Assembly (NCBI GenBank): GCA_002502685.1
Contig: DAQA01000013.1
Location: 2,202 to 66,201 of the forward strand
Origin: Euryarchaeota archaeon UBA202
Lineage (GTDB): Archaea > Thermoplasmatota > E2 > UBA202
DNA length: 64,000 nucleotides
Reading direction: 5' to 3'
A program made the translations under genes and the position numbers. Below, piece after piece: positions 1 through 11,031 of this stretch (position 1 is the first letter of the stretch; every line of letters begins with the position of its first letter). The notes under the pieces were generated by a model. That model made no database searches. It was not told the DNA's origin and worked only from the letters and a program-made list of their open reading frames with translations.

Positions 1-1
1 T

Positions 2-3000
2 AATGTCACCCAGGCTTCTGTAAATGTTGTAAATAAAGATCAATGTAATGGCAGTACTTGTCCATCCGGCGATTGGGTTATTGCCAAAGTCAAGGCTCCC
101 AAGGCTGACATGGGTATCAACAAGACGGATTCACAGGATCCCATTGTAGCGGGCAGTACATTGATTTATACACTCAATGTTACCAACAATGGACCAAATA
201 CTGCATATGCGGTAAATGTGACGGATACACTACCAACTAATGTTACCTTTACTAGTGCAAGTCCCTCCGCAAGTGGGAACAATGGACAAACCTATTGGTG
301 GAACCTAGGGGCACTAGCAAACAGTAGCTCGGTAATAATTACAATTAATGTGACTGTGGATAGTAGTTTCAGTGGATTGTTGAACAATACTGTTAATGTT
401 ACCACGGTTTCTAGTGATACAAACCCGGGTAATAATAGTGATTATGAGACCACCCAGGTTGCCACACTTACTGATTTCAATATAACCAAGGGTGTCGATA
501 AGAGTGACGCCGCACCCGGGGACACATTAAACTATAGTATCTGCCCCCGCTATACCGGGTCTATATTGTTGGCTAATGTCACGGTGACTGATACCATCCC
601 TGTTAACACAAGCTATGTGAATAATAGTGCCACTGCCAATGGAGCCTATAACTCTAGCAGCGATACCCTCACTTGGCTTCTCGGTAACCATACCCTGGGT
701 GTACCGGGCACAGCCGGTGGGCCAGGTAGCTCAGGTAATATGACATTGAATCCCATGCAGGATACCTATATCGATGAAAATAATCCCACCAATAACTATG
801 GTACTAATAACGAGATGAGATGCAGAAATAACACGGGTCAGATCATGCGTCCTCTCATACAGTTCAATCTATCAGGTATCCCAACGGGGGCAATCATCGA
901 TAATGCCACACTTAGGATGTATATAACAGGGAATAAAACAAGTCAGACAGTGAATATTCATCATCTTACCCATAACTGGACAGAGACGGGTGCCACATGG
1001 AATACCTATGATGGTGTCAACAACTGGGGTGCAGGGGGCGGCGACTATAATGGCACCATCCATGGTTCATTTGTCCCTGATCCAAAAGATGCCTATAAAG
1101 AAACTAATATCACTGATTTGGTACAAGACTGGATTAATGGCACCTGGACGAACTATGGAATCATCCTCAATGGAATCACCAGTGATGAAGCGAAATTTGG
1201 CAGCCGGGAGAACACAGGGAAGGAACCAGAGCTCGTGATTTATTATCATATTCCTTCGACTCCTGCTACCACGGTCACCCTGGGTGCAAATCCGCTTCTC
1301 ATTTGTAGTACTGGCCAGATCAATGTGACCATGACAGTGGGGATTGACAGTAATGTAAGCGGGGTGACACCCCCAGTTAACCTGACCATGAATACGACTG
1401 GTGGTATTACCGCCAGTTTGGCTAGTGGCCCATCACCCCCAGGGCCAGTGAATGTATCAGCAAATAGCCCTGTCACTTTCACATATGTTTATAATGTTAC
1501 ACCAGGTGCTATACCTGGCTCGATTAGTTTTAGTGGCTCACCTGCATCACTTAATGCATCGTTTGCTAATGCCACTTCAAACAACTGTCTGGTTACCCCC
1601 TCTCTCATCTACCAAGTGCAGATAGACTCAGTCCTTGACCTCTCGATAACACAGATAAATAATACCGCTGTACTCTCTGATGATATTTTAATCCCAGGGG
1701 GGATTGAATCGCCACCAGCCATAACAAATATTACACGAAATGCTGACCTCAGTGTCACCAAGGCTGATAACCCCGACCCCGTTGTGGCCGGGGGTTATTT
1801 GATTTATACACTTAATGTTACCAATCATGGCCCAGGTGATGCAGTTAATGTAAATGTAACAGATACATTGCCCGCAAATGTAACCTTTAACTCTGCAAAT
1901 CCAGCAGAGAGTAATCATAGTGGTCAAATCTATTGGTGGAACCTGGGGAATATAACAGCTAGTAACTACACAGTGATTAAAATTAATGTTACGGTAAATA
2001 ACGGCACCCTGGAAACATTGGTTAACATAGCAAATGTCACCTCTGAATCTAGTGATACAAACACAACGAACAATGAGGATACTGAGAATACGACTATTAT
2101 CACGGTAGCTATAGAGGTATTTAAGGCAATCTGGAATGGAACTGCCTGGGTAGAGTATCATCAGGAGGATGTTGGTGATGTTGTTAGATTTAACCTTAGT
2201 GTTCATAATGATGGTACTGATAACCTGACCAGCATTAATGTTACGGATATGTTGCCATCATGCCTTGTTTATTATGTGGGTAATGCAACACCATTTGAGC
2301 CAATTCAGTGGGATAATAATCTAACATGGTTGTTTGCTGGGCCACTTGTTAATTGCAGTTGGATCTATATTGAGTTCAATGCAACTGTTATTAGTAAGGG
2401 TATAAATGTGAATGTTGTGAATGCATCTGGAGTTGGAGAAAATACTTCCATACTTGTATCGGATGAGGATAATGCTACTGTGGAGGGTATAATCTCAAAT
2501 ATTACTCTGGAGAAGCGGGTGAGTGAGGATAACAGTTCATGGGTGGATAGTGTGGTTGCGGATCCGGGTCAGACGGTGTATTGGCAGCTCATCGTGACCA
2601 ACACAGGTGACGACCCCCTAACCAATTGCTATGTAAATGACACCAATGGCCAAACCTATGGCCCCTTCACCCTCAATATCGGGGAAACCCAAACCTTCTA
2701 CTACAGCACCACCCCCGGGAGTGACGTGAACAATACCGCCACCGCAGTGGGGACAGATTCCGACGGAGACCAAATCAATGATACCGACTGGGCCACCGTT
2801 AATGTTGTAACTACAGCTATTCATATTGAAAAAACAGTATGGAATCTACAAACAGAGCAATGGATTGATTTAGTTTATGAAAACGTTGGAAATACTACCA
2901 CCTTTAATATAAGTACTCAAAATATCGGAGAACAAAGCTTGACTAGTATCAATATTACCGACTACTTACCACCGTGTTTAGAATATTCAAATAATGCAAC

Positions 3001-6000
3001 AGTCAATGGGGTACCACTTGAACCAAATATTTGGGGGAACAATATTACGTGGGATATAAGTGGATCTGTACATTCTGGTCAATGGATTTATATTGAGTTT
3101 AATGCAACCGTGATCTCCAATGGAACAAATATAAATGTTGTCAATGTGACAGGTGAAGGAGAGATAACAGGGTCAGAAACATATGACGAAGACAACGCCA
3201 CCGTCATTGGTCTAGCTGCTGATCTTAGTGTCATAAAAACAGACAACCCCGACACCGTCATCGCAGGAAACTACCTCACCTACACCCTCAACATCACCAA
3301 CCACGGACCCAGCGACGCACAAAATGTTACCGTTAGCGACACGCTACCACCAGGAATAGATTATAACAATGCGAATCCAATACCCTCAGGGGGAACCTAT
3401 CCTACCTTTTATTGGAACATTGGTACACTCACAGCAGGAAACTCTACGTATATCACCATTAATGTCACAATCAACAGCAACACCACGGGGATACTAAACA
3501 ACACCGCAAATGTCACCAGTGACACCCCCGACCCCACACCCCAAAACAACACCGACTACGAAGAAACAATTGTAGGTGAAAGTGCTGATCTCAGCATCAT
3601 TAAGACAGATAGCCCTGACCCGGTTGTCGCCGGACAATACCTCACTTATACTCTCAATATCAGCAATAATGGACCCAGCGACGCACTCAATGTCAATGTC
3701 ATCGACACACTCCCCAGTGGTGTTACCTTTAATAGTGCCACCCCAGCACCCACTAGTTGGATTAATTGGAGTTATTCCACCTACTACTGGAACCTGGGAA
3801 CACTCACCGCGGGAAGCTACACCCTCATCACCATCAACATCACCATCAATAGCAACACCACAGGAACCCTCAACAACACCGTCACCGTCACCAGCGACAC
3901 ACCCGACCCCACACCCGGAAACAACACCGATTATGAAGAAACAGTGGTTCTTCAACCAGCACTGCTAGAGATATTTAAGACAGTGTGGAATGGATCCAAT
4001 TGGGTTGAGGCCCTCCCTGCATATGTTGGTTCTACTGTACGATTCAATATTAGTGTCCATAACAATGGAACTGAAAACCTCATTAATGTGAATATTACCG
4101 ATATGCTCCCGGCTGGCCTGCAATATAACAAAAATGCCACCGTGAATAACATCCCCTCGGAACCTATCATAGAGGGTAATAATCTAACATGGGTGATAAG
4201 TTGGCCAATACAATATTGCCACTGGGTCTATATCGAATATGATGCAATTATCACAAATACTGGAGAAAATATCAATATTATAAATGGGACAGGGGAAGGT
4301 CAAATTACAGGTGAAACAACCCTGGATACGGACACTGCTTCGGTCATAGGAATCATCATCGATATGGATCTTGAAAAAACCGCCTGGGATTCCTCCACAG
4401 GTCAATGGACAGATCAGGTCTATGTCAGCATTAACGATACCCTAAGATTTAATATCAGTATCCATAACAATGGCACCGAGCCCCTCATAGATTTCAATAT
4501 TACAGATATTCTCCCCCAACACCTTCAATATATTAACAATAGTTCAACAGTGAATGGAATACCACAAGAACCCATCATATGGAATTGTAAAAATCTTACC
4601 TGGATGATGACGGGTCCACTTACACCTTGCAACTGGGCATATATTGAATTTGAAACAATCGTTATCGACCCCAACATGAGCCTTAATCTAGTTACTGTAA
4701 ATGCAACAGGGACCATCATTGGATCAACGACAACCATGACCGATGGAGCAATCGCCGAAGTTGACATCACACCACCTACAACCATTAAGGAATATAGTGG
4801 ATGCCTTTACCAGGAAGGAGACATGGAATGGATATCAACCGAGACTTATATCCATCTTATTGCAACCGATAACCAAAGCGGGGTTAAAGAAACTTGGTAC
4901 AGGATATGGATATGGGATGAAGGAAACGAAACCTGGTCTATTGAACAAGACTGGACACTCTATTGGAATACCACTGGAGGGGGCACAAGGCCCTTTACTA
5001 TCAATCAGGAATGCTATCACATGATTGAGATAACAAGTAGTGACATACTTGGTAATATTGAAGAGATATGGAATCAAACCATGTATGTTGATGGATCACC
5101 ACCCATTATCAATAAAACACACCCCGATGAGGGATATATATACAACAGTACAACTGGGGAGCAATATATTGCCCCCTATGCTGTAATCATCCTCTCCGCC
5201 ATGGATTTCCCAAGCACTATCTGCAGTGCAGGAGTCGAGGGAATATTTTGGAGATATGACTATGACGGTGCCTCACATCCACTCAATGAAATGGACAATG
5301 ACCAAGGAATGATTATCAATATCAGCCAGTACTATAATGATAGTGTCATAGAAAATGACTTTGGAGGTATCTATCTGTGGTACCTTTATGATAACTCAAC
5401 AGGTGTCTATTTCATGGAGAATTGTGAACATATTCTCTACTATTTTGCAAAGGATCGTACATGTCACCATAGTATCATCCATAACCAAACCTATTATGTG
5501 GATGGCTTGCCACCAGACAGCTGGCTTATTACACAGTTTAGCCAGTGGGATAACTACATTACACCTTATACAGAATTTATAATACAAGCAGAAGATGACG
5601 GATGCCACGGTGGAATTGATAATTATGTCATCCATTTCACAGTAACTGGACCCAAAAATAGTAAATTCTATTGGAATGGTGACCACTTTAATTGCGACGG
5701 AAACTGGCACTCCGGAGTTCTCGAGGGTGATATAGCATTCCAAATACGAGATGAGACAGGGCGTGCACCCTCGGGTAAATACACCATTGAGTTTTATGCC
5801 ACTGATGATTTTGGGAATACTGAAACACCTCCCCATATCAAATGGTTCCTATTGGATAACACACCACCCACCACGAACATATTCTTTATGGGGCCAAACT
5901 ATCACGATACAAATCAATGGATTACGAGTGAAACAAATATCATCCTTCATGCTTCTGATGAGGGTAGTGGTACAAAAATTACCAAATACCGGATTGATAA

Positions 6001-6727
6001 TGGGCCAAAAAAAACCTATACGGCACCTCTTTTGATTACAACCGAAGGAATCCATACCCTCCATTATTACAGCAAGGACTGGACGGATACTGTTGAAGGA
6101 GAAAAATCCCTTACTATTATCATTGACAACACACCACCACTCCAAAACCTTTCCTTTAATGGAGCAAACTATACAAGTAATAATACTACATGGATAACAT
6201 CCCAGACATACATAATCCTTGAAGGGTATGATAATGGATGTGGCCTTGGAAAAATATACTATCGCTGGGGAACAAAAACATGGAAGCAATATAACCATTC
6301 CATCATCCTGACAGGTGGCAAAACAGAACTAGAATACTATATGGAAGATAAACTAGGGAACAGTGGAGACATCCAGGAAATAACCGTGGGGATAGATGAC
6401 CAGGCTCCAGTAGTCATTATAAACTCACCCAAGGATAACTATTTATATATCGCCGGTCGAGCAATTTTATACCTACGCAAACTACCTGGATCAGATGCAG
6501 TCATCATTGGCACTGCCATAATTGATGCCACAGCATCAGACACCTCGGGGATATATACCATGGAACTTTATATTGATGGTGAATTACGCCATAAAACATA
6601 TAATGGGGCCTTGGAGTGGCGGTGGAATCAGTTGGCATTCGCAATTCATACCATAGAGATTAGGGTCTATGATAATTTTGGACACAGCACTACCAAAGAG
6701 ATCAAAGTTTGGATGTTCAACCTTTAA
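2..6727 (+). CDS. Giant secreted/cell-surface glycoprotein: multiple DUF11 (Ig-like) repeats, a DNRLRE-type domain (~740-1247) and C-terminal Ig-like domains; 5' end lies outside the window
   Basis: Frame is open from base 2 (NVTQASVNVV...KADMGINKTD). Repeated 'DLSxxKTDxPDPVVAGxxLxYTLNxTNxGPxxAxNVxVxDxLP' units, a 'QDTYI...PTNNYG...WTETGATWN...FGSRE...PELVI' domain and very many N-x-S/T sequons. Confidence 0.85.
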   Translation, partial: NVTQASVNVVNKDQCNGSTCPSGDWVIAKVKAPKADMGINKTDSQDPIVAGSTLIYTLNVTNNGPNTAYAVNVTDTLPTNVTFTSASPSASGNNGQTYWWNLGALANSSSVIITINVTVDSSFSGLLNNTVNVTTVSSDTNPGNNSDYETTQVATLTDFNITKGVDKSDAAPGDTLNYSICPRYTGSILLANVTVTDTIPVNTSYVNNSATANGAYNSSSDTLTWLLGNHTLGVPGTAGGPGSSGNMTLNPMQDTYIDENNPTNNYGTNNEMRCRNNTGQIMRPLIQFNLSGIPTGAIIDNATLRMYITGNKTSQTVNIHHLTHNWTETGATWNTYDGVNNWGAGGGDYNGTIHGSFVPDPKDAYKETNITDLVQDWINGTWTNYGIILNGITSDEAKFGSRENTGKEPELVIYYHIPSTPATTVTLGANPLLICSTGQINVTMTVGIDSNVSGVTPPVNLTMNTTGGITASLASGPSPPGPVNVSANSPVTFTYVYNVTPGAIPGSISFSGSPASLNASFANATSNNCLVTPSLIYQVQIDSVLDLSITQINNTAVLSDDILIPGGIESPPAITNITRNADLSVTKADNPDPVVAGGYLIYTLNVTNHGPGDAVNVNVTDTLPANVTFNSANPAESNHSGQIYWWNLGNITASNYTVIKINVTVNNGTLETLVNIANVTSESSDTNTTNNEDTENTTIITVAIEVFKAIWNGTAWVEYHQEDVGDVVRFNLSVHNDGTDNLTSINVTDMLPSCLVYYVGNATPFEPIQWDNNLTWLFAGPLVNCSWIYIEFNATVISKGINVNVVNASGVGENTSILVSDEDNATVEGIISNITLEKRVSEDNSSWVDSVVADPGQTVYWQLIVTNTGDDPLTNCYVNDTNGQTYGPFTLNIGETQTFYYSTTPGSDVNNTATAVGTDSDGDQINDTDWATVNVVTTAIHIEKTVWNLQTEQWIDLVYENVGNTTTFNISTQNIGEQSLTSINITDYLPPCLEYSNNATVNGVPLEPNIWGNNITWDISGSVHSGQWIYIEFNATVISNGTNINVVNVTGEGEITGSETYDEDNATVIGLAADLSVIKTDNPDTVIAGNYLTYTLNITNHGPSDAQNVTVSDTLPPGIDYNNANPIPSGGTYPTFYWNIGTLTAGNSTYITINVTINSNTTGILNNTANVTSDTPDPTPQNNTDYEETIVGESADLSIIKTDSPDPVVAGQYLTYTLNISNNGPSDALNVNVIDTLPSGVTFNSATPAPTSWINWSYSTYYWNLGTLTAGSYTLITINITINSNTTGTLNNTVTVTSDTPDPTPGNNTDYEETVVLQPALLEIFKTVWNGSNWVEALPAYVGSTVRFNISVHNNGTENLINVNITDMLPAGLQYNKNATVNNIPSEPIIEGNNLTWVISWPIQYCHWVYIEYDAIITNTGENINIINGTGEGQITGETTLDTDTASVIGIIIDMDLEKTAWDSSTGQWTDQVYVSINDTLRFNISIHNNGTEPLIDFNITDILPQHLQYINNSSTVNGIPQEPIIWNCKNLTWMMTGPLTPCNWAYIEFETIVIDPNMSLNLVTVNATGTIIGSTTTMTDGAIAEVDITPPTTIKEYSGCLYQEGDMEWISTETYIHLIATDNQSGVKETWYRIWIWDEGNETWSIEQDWTLYWNTTGGGTRPFTINQECYHMIEITSSDILGNIEEIWNQTMYVDGSPPIINKTHPDEGYIYNSTTGEQYIAPYAVIILSAMDFPSTICSAGVEGIFWRYDYDGASHPLNEMDNDQGMIINISQYYNDSVIENDFGGIYLWYLYDNSTGVYFMENCEHILYYFAKDRTCHHSIIHNQTYYVDGLPPDSWLITQFSQWDNYITPYTEFIIQAEDDGCHGGIDNYVIHFTVTGPKNSKFYWNGDHFNCDGNWHSGVLEGDIAFQIRDETGRAPSGKYTIEFYATDDFGNTETPPHIKWFLLDNTPPTTNIFFMGPNYHDTNQWITSETNIILHASDEGSGTKITKYRIDNGPKKTYTAPLLITTEGIHTLHYYSKDWTDTVEGEKSLTIIIDNTPPLQNLSFNGANYTSNNTTWITSQTYIILEGYDNGCGLGKIYYRWGTKTWKQYNHSIILTGGKTELEYYMEDKLGNSGDIQEITVGIDDQAPVVIINSPKDNYLYIAGRAILYLRKLPGSDAVIIGTAIIDATASDTSGIYTMELYIDGELRHKTYNGALEWRWNQLAFAIHTIEIRVYDNFGHSTTKEIKVWMFNL
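3220..3950 (+). repeat. Tandem duplicated DUF11 modules within the surface protein gene
   Basis: Two ~365-bp units ending gtcaccagtgacacccccgaccccacaccccaaaacaacaccgactacgaagaaaca and gtcaccagcgacacacccgaccccacacccggaaacaacaccgattatgaagaaaca. Confidence 0.8.
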
Positions 6728-6912
6728 GATTCATTCTCCTTTTCCCTTTCTTTATATTTATTTTTTAGTCTTCCAGGATACTCAAGACCAATTCAACAAC
6801 TACAAAAAAATCTATTTTTATCCTTTAATACCAAATGTAACCCTAGATTAGGTAACAAAAAAGATAGGTTATCAATAGATTTTAAGTAGACATATAACAT
6901 ATCAATTAAGAG

Positions 6913-8775
6913 ATGAAGAAGCAAGTATTTGCCCTAACATTTATTCTTGTAACTGTAAGCCTTATAGGGCTAATGGGTCCGTCCCATAAAGCGACAGGGA
7001 TTGATGATTCAGGATGGTACTGGAAACCAGAAAGCTATGCCCAGTTGGTCACTTGGTATAGACACTTGGAGGAAAATTACTCGGGATATATTGAAGTATT
7101 TAAAGCAAATGAGCTTTATGGAACTGGGAAAGTAGATGGGGGATATGACCTTTATTATGTCCGGATAACCAATGAATCCCGAGGTTTCCATAAACCCGAG
7201 GTTCTTTTCCTGGGTAGCCCCCATGGTGACGAAACAGCAGGAACCATAGGAATGTACTGGTTTACGGACTGGCTTATGAGACATGCATACCATCCAGATT
7301 TTGACAACCCTGAAAGAGGCTGGTATCAATGGCTCATTGACAATCGAGAAATCTATCTTGAGGTAAGCCATAATCCCTATGGATTTGACCATATCCAAAG
7401 AGGTGACTTTAATGGATGGGATCTAAACAGGGAAGCAGACTATCACGGGCCAGGTCCAAATACCAGGGGGATCTGGGCCAGTGTAAATGGATTCACATTG
7501 ACACGATTCATTGATAACCATCTCATAAGGATAGGGACCGATTTCCATGGTGGCGTACGAATGTTATTATATCCATGGTCATCAAATTATGACTCAATAA
7601 ATGGGACAAGTCCTCTGAGCAATATGACCTATACTCATGCACCCCCGGATTTTTATTATTATGATACAACATCTCTGCGTGTGGGTAACTATATGGGTGA
7701 TTTCGGTGGTGACTTAAATCCTGGGAACTGTGGAACCATTCCTGATACTGTTGGCTATGAAGCACCGGGTGCAATTGCTCCTTGGGCATATGGGGCAGAT
7801 ATCAAAGAAAATCCGTGGGAGGATCAATGGGTAAATAATGAAGAATTTGGAAACTATCCCGGGGCAGGTATCTTGTGGATTACTCCAGAACTTTCAGTTA
7901 TAAAAAACCCTCCTGAGATTACTATGGGAAGTGATCATATTTTGGGATATGGGACAGAGGTACGGCGATTTCTCCTTCATCAGATAGATCTGGCACAACC
8001 CTATATTTGGTGGTTATCCCCCTGTAATAATAGTCTTCATCCCCGCAATGTTTCACTCCAATGGCAAGTTAATGGATGCCATGTGGTAGATCAAACCCTT
8101 GTCCAATGGGGGACGAACTCTGACCCGATTAATAATCCTGATCATGTCTCTAGCCTACACAATGATTATCAAGGAGATTATGTGGGAGGGACAGGATGGG
8201 ATAATGCCTTAGATGGAAATAGAAAAGGGAGAATTTATTGGGAAAACCTAACACTTGATGAACCAGGTGATTATTATTTTGTAGCAAAGGCACAAGTTGA
8301 TCAAGCATATAAAAAGACCTTGGTAGCCCCTGAGTATGCCGATGATCATTCTTATCTTCGGCTTATAAAGGAAAGAACAAATGATTCATATCTTGAGGAA
8401 CTTAATGGAACAGATGGCAGAGAATACATAAAGGGGCAGCTATGGTGGTATAGTCCTATAGTTCATATTCATGTGGGAACAATAGAGAGACCTCGAGAGG
8501 GATATCTGTATGTTGCCAATCGTGAAATCATGCCAACCTTGAGAGGAAAAACTTTGGTAATTGGCGATATCTTAGTATCCACAAATACCCAAAACACTTC
8601 ATGTGTGGAATTCTATGTGGATGGAAACCTTCGTGACCGGGTTACCACAGAACCATATGAATGGCGATGGGAGGAAACAATCTTTGGAACCCATGAACTC
8701 GAAGTAAAAATATATGGAAGGGGCGACCATTTTGTTTCTCAAACAATTCCCCTAACCATTTTTAACATTGCCTAG
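6913..8775 (+). CDS. Secreted M14-family zinc carboxypeptidase with C-terminal Ig-like domain
   Basis: Signal peptide (MKKQVFALTFILV...); HGDE zinc motif, DLNRE, DFHGG and candidate catalytic TPEL. Confidence 0.8.
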   Translation: MKKQVFALTFILVTVSLIGLMGPSHKATGIDDSGWYWKPESYAQLVTWYRHLEENYSGYIEVFKANELYGTGKVDGGYDLYYVRITNESRGFHKPEVLFLGSPHGDETAGTIGMYWFTDWLMRHAYHPDFDNPERGWYQWLIDNREIYLEVSHNPYGFDHIQRGDFNGWDLNREADYHGPGPNTRGIWASVNGFTLTRFIDNHLIRIGTDFHGGVRMLLYPWSSNYDSINGTSPLSNMTYTHAPPDFYYYDTTSLRVGNYMGDFGGDLNPGNCGTIPDTVGYEAPGAIAPWAYGADIKENPWEDQWVNNEEFGNYPGAGILWITPELSVIKNPPEITMGSDHILGYGTEVRRFLLHQIDLAQPYIWWLSPCNNSLHPRNVSLQWQVNGCHVVDQTLVQWGTNSDPINNPDHVSSLHNDYQGDYVGGTGWDNALDGNRKGRIYWENLTLDEPGDYYFVAKAQVDQAYKKTLVAPEYADDHSYLRLIKERTNDSYLEELNGTDGREYIKGQLWWYSPIVHIHVGTIERPREGYLYVANREIMPTLRGKTLVIGDILVSTNTQNTSCVEFYVDGNLRDRVTTEPYEWRWEETIFGTHELEVKIYGRGDHFVSQTIPLTIFNIA

Positions 8776-8880
8776 TTAGACAACCATTTTGATAAAAAGT
8801 AAAGTGGGAACACTAATATATAGTAAAAAATAATCGAAGAAGTATGATGTGTAAAAGTAAAGTTGAAGAAAAAAAAAATC

Positions 8881-10179
8881 TTATTGATAATGGGTGGGCT
8901 CAGCTTTCATAAATTCTCTTAAAAGACATGTGGCATAACAACCCTTGGATAGATCAAATTCCATAGTTACATAGTTCTGATAGATGGTATAATCAAAATT
9001 TGTGAGGGGTGCAAGTAGAATCCTTCGAAATCCCCGGGAGGTTAAACGGGGAATATCAGGTATAACAAACTTGGTAAGTGACACGTGGTCATCAATGATT
9101 TTTTTTTCTATCTGTCCCATTTTTCCCCCTCCAAAATGGGTCTCAAACCCAGGAAGGATACCGGAGACAAAGGCCTCTTCTTCCTGTATTTGTCGATTGA
9201 CCTTTTCCAGGTTTTCATCTGTGACAGGAATCCCCTCACGATCAGCCATAATACGGCGATTTCTTACGGGCAATACAACATCTCCCACCAGGGCTCTATT
9301 CAAGGGTAAATCCTCTTTAATTCGCCGGGAAAGAATTAAGTTAAAAAGATAAGACTGGTAGGAATGAATGAACATTTGTACAAGATGTGGGGGCAGAGTT
9401 AAAAGTGCTCCGATCCAATCATCGGGATTTCGGGCTAGATGGGAAATCATTAAGCGTTCAAAAAGAAGATACGAAGGATATATCTCTAGTGCTTTTTTAA
9501 AATCCTTTGTTTGTTGTAAAAATGTTCGTGCTCTGTATGATTCTTCACCTTCCCCAGGTAGGGGGTTGCAAATGTAGGTTAGTATTGCTTTTTTAAAGTT
9601 GCCTTCAATAATATATTTGCCGACAATGTGGGTGATTGGTCTAATGACCCCAAATCGTTGTACCCCAAAAAAATTGGGGAAACCGCCTGTTTCTAAAATT
9701 TTGTCCAATATAATCGTGAATTGTTTTTTTATGTTGTTTCGTGTGTTCCGTATTGTAATCTTAAAGGTATTCCCAATATGATCTCCCCATGAGATTGGCC
9801 TATTGCTGGTATAACAATCCGTTATTTCAACGTCCTTGATGTAAGCATTTTTTACAGTATCCAGTGATGTTTTAAAGGACATTACTTGTTTGGTGATAGC
9901 TCTTTTATCCTTTGTGCCCGCGATGCCGATCATATGGGAAGAAATACCCATTTTTTTGGAAAGCTGTAAGAGAAGATTAAATGTTTCCCAATTAATCGAT
10001 GTCACTTTTGCAATAACAAATGCACCATCGCGTTCCGGCGGGGGTGTAATACGTTCTTCAACTATAAAATCACTGGGGTGAACCTTGATTTTTCCCCCGA
10101 TGCCTTTCCTTGGTGTGAGAAATACCCTCATTCCTATCTGTTTTTCCCCTTCAGGGGGTGAAACAGATACTACGGGCAC
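8881..10179 (-). CDS. truD: tRNA pseudouridine(13) synthase TruD
   Basis: DFIVEE, AGTKDKRAITKQ, GNTFKITIR, FPNFFGVQRFG, YQSYLFN and KGCYATCLLRE motifs. Confidence 0.95.
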   Translation of the reverse strand: MPVVSVSPPEGEKQIGMRVFLTPRKGIGGKIKVHPSDFIVEERITPPPERDGAFVIAKVTSINWETFNLLLQLSKKMGISSHMIGIAGTKDKRAITKQVMSFKTSLDTVKNAYIKDVEITDCYTSNRPISWGDHIGNTFKITIRNTRNNIKKQFTIILDKILETGGFPNFFGVQRFGVIRPITHIVGKYIIEGNFKKAILTYICNPLPGEGEESYRARTFLQQTKDFKKALEIYPSYLLFERLMISHLARNPDDWIGALLTLPPHLVQMFIHSYQSYLFNLILSRRIKEDLPLNRALVGDVVLPVRNRRIMADREGIPVTDENLEKVNRQIQEEEAFVSGILPGFETHFGGGKMGQIEKKIIDDHVSLTKFVIPDIPRLTSRGFRRILLAPLTNFDYTIYQNYVTMEFDLSKGCYATCLLREFMKAEPTHYQ

Positions 10180-10451
10180 TATTTTTTCATCTCCTCAATG
10201 GATTTGCGGAGGGAATCAGTGTCTTTTTTTAGGGCCCGTACGGCTTTAAGAAGGATCGTTTTGGGATTTCCCTCTTTTACCTTGAGAAAGAAACGGGGAT
10301 TGGCAAGAAGTGGATGGTCAATTCTCCAGTCTGCAAGAGTGATTTTATTGTCGTCTAATAATTTATATTTTAGGGGATTCAAAATAGTTTTTTCTCCAAT
10401 GACTTCGAATTCTAATTCATTTTTTTTATTTGTCAGTATTTTTATCTCCAT
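10179..10451 (-). CDS. rpoL: DNA-directed RNA polymerase subunit Rpo11 (L)
   Basis: 90 aa, 'ELEFEVIGEKTILNPL...IDHPLL'; conserved position after csl4. Confidence 0.9.
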   Translation of the reverse strand: MEIKILTNKKNELEFEVIGEKTILNPLKYKLLDDNKITLADWRIDHPLLANPRFFLKVKEGNPKTILLKAVRALKKDTDSLRKSIEEMKK

Positions 10452-10455
10452 ATTC

Positions 10456-11031
10456 TCACCGTTTATCTAGATTACCTTCTCCATAGTCACTGGCGACTTT
10501 TCTTGTTTCAACACGGCCGCAAATCGAGCATTCCAATTTATCCTTTTTTTTCTGGAGAACATTTCGGCAATTGACACAATAGGACTTGATAACTCCTAAA
10601 TCAGGACCAACCGTGCTTAGTTTAATTGATGGTTTCACTTGAATGACCTTGGCTCGTGCGATATCGCCGATGCGGTATTTTTCCCCGGTTGCAGAAACAT
10701 AATCCCGGGATAGATTAGAGATGTGAATTGCGGCTATTGTATCTCCAAACAATGACCGTTTTTTTCCTGCCACATGGAGAATATCTACCAAAACCATGGA
10801 TTTTGTTGTCTTTTTGATTTCGATGAGGACAATATCCCCTTTATTTACCGAGTTGGGTGTATTCGTTAAGGGTTTTACTTCAGCAGACATCCGGTTTTTG
10901 TTCACTTGAAACGTACCAATGATCCCACTGATAATGTCATTGTTGATATTATAGGTTCCGTATCCTGAGAGCAATTCCTCGGTGGTTGCAATTATTTCAC
11001 CGGGGAATACAAATGTTCCATCCTTTATCAT
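10456..11031 (-). CDS. csl4: Exosome complex RNA-binding protein Csl4
   Basis: FVFPGE, S1 domain (IHIS...GDIARAKVIQ), C-terminal CxxC...CxxCGRVETRKVA zinc ribbon. Confidence 0.93.
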   Translation of the reverse strand: MIKDGTFVFPGEIIATTEELLSGYGTYNINNDIISGIIGTFQVNKNRMSAEVKPLTNTPNSVNKGDIVLIEIKKTTKSMVLVDILHVAGKKRSLFGDTIAAIHISNLSRDYVSATGEKYRIGDIARAKVIQVKPSIKLSTVGPDLGVIKSYCVNCRNVLQKKKDKLECSICGRVETRKVASDYGEGNLDKR

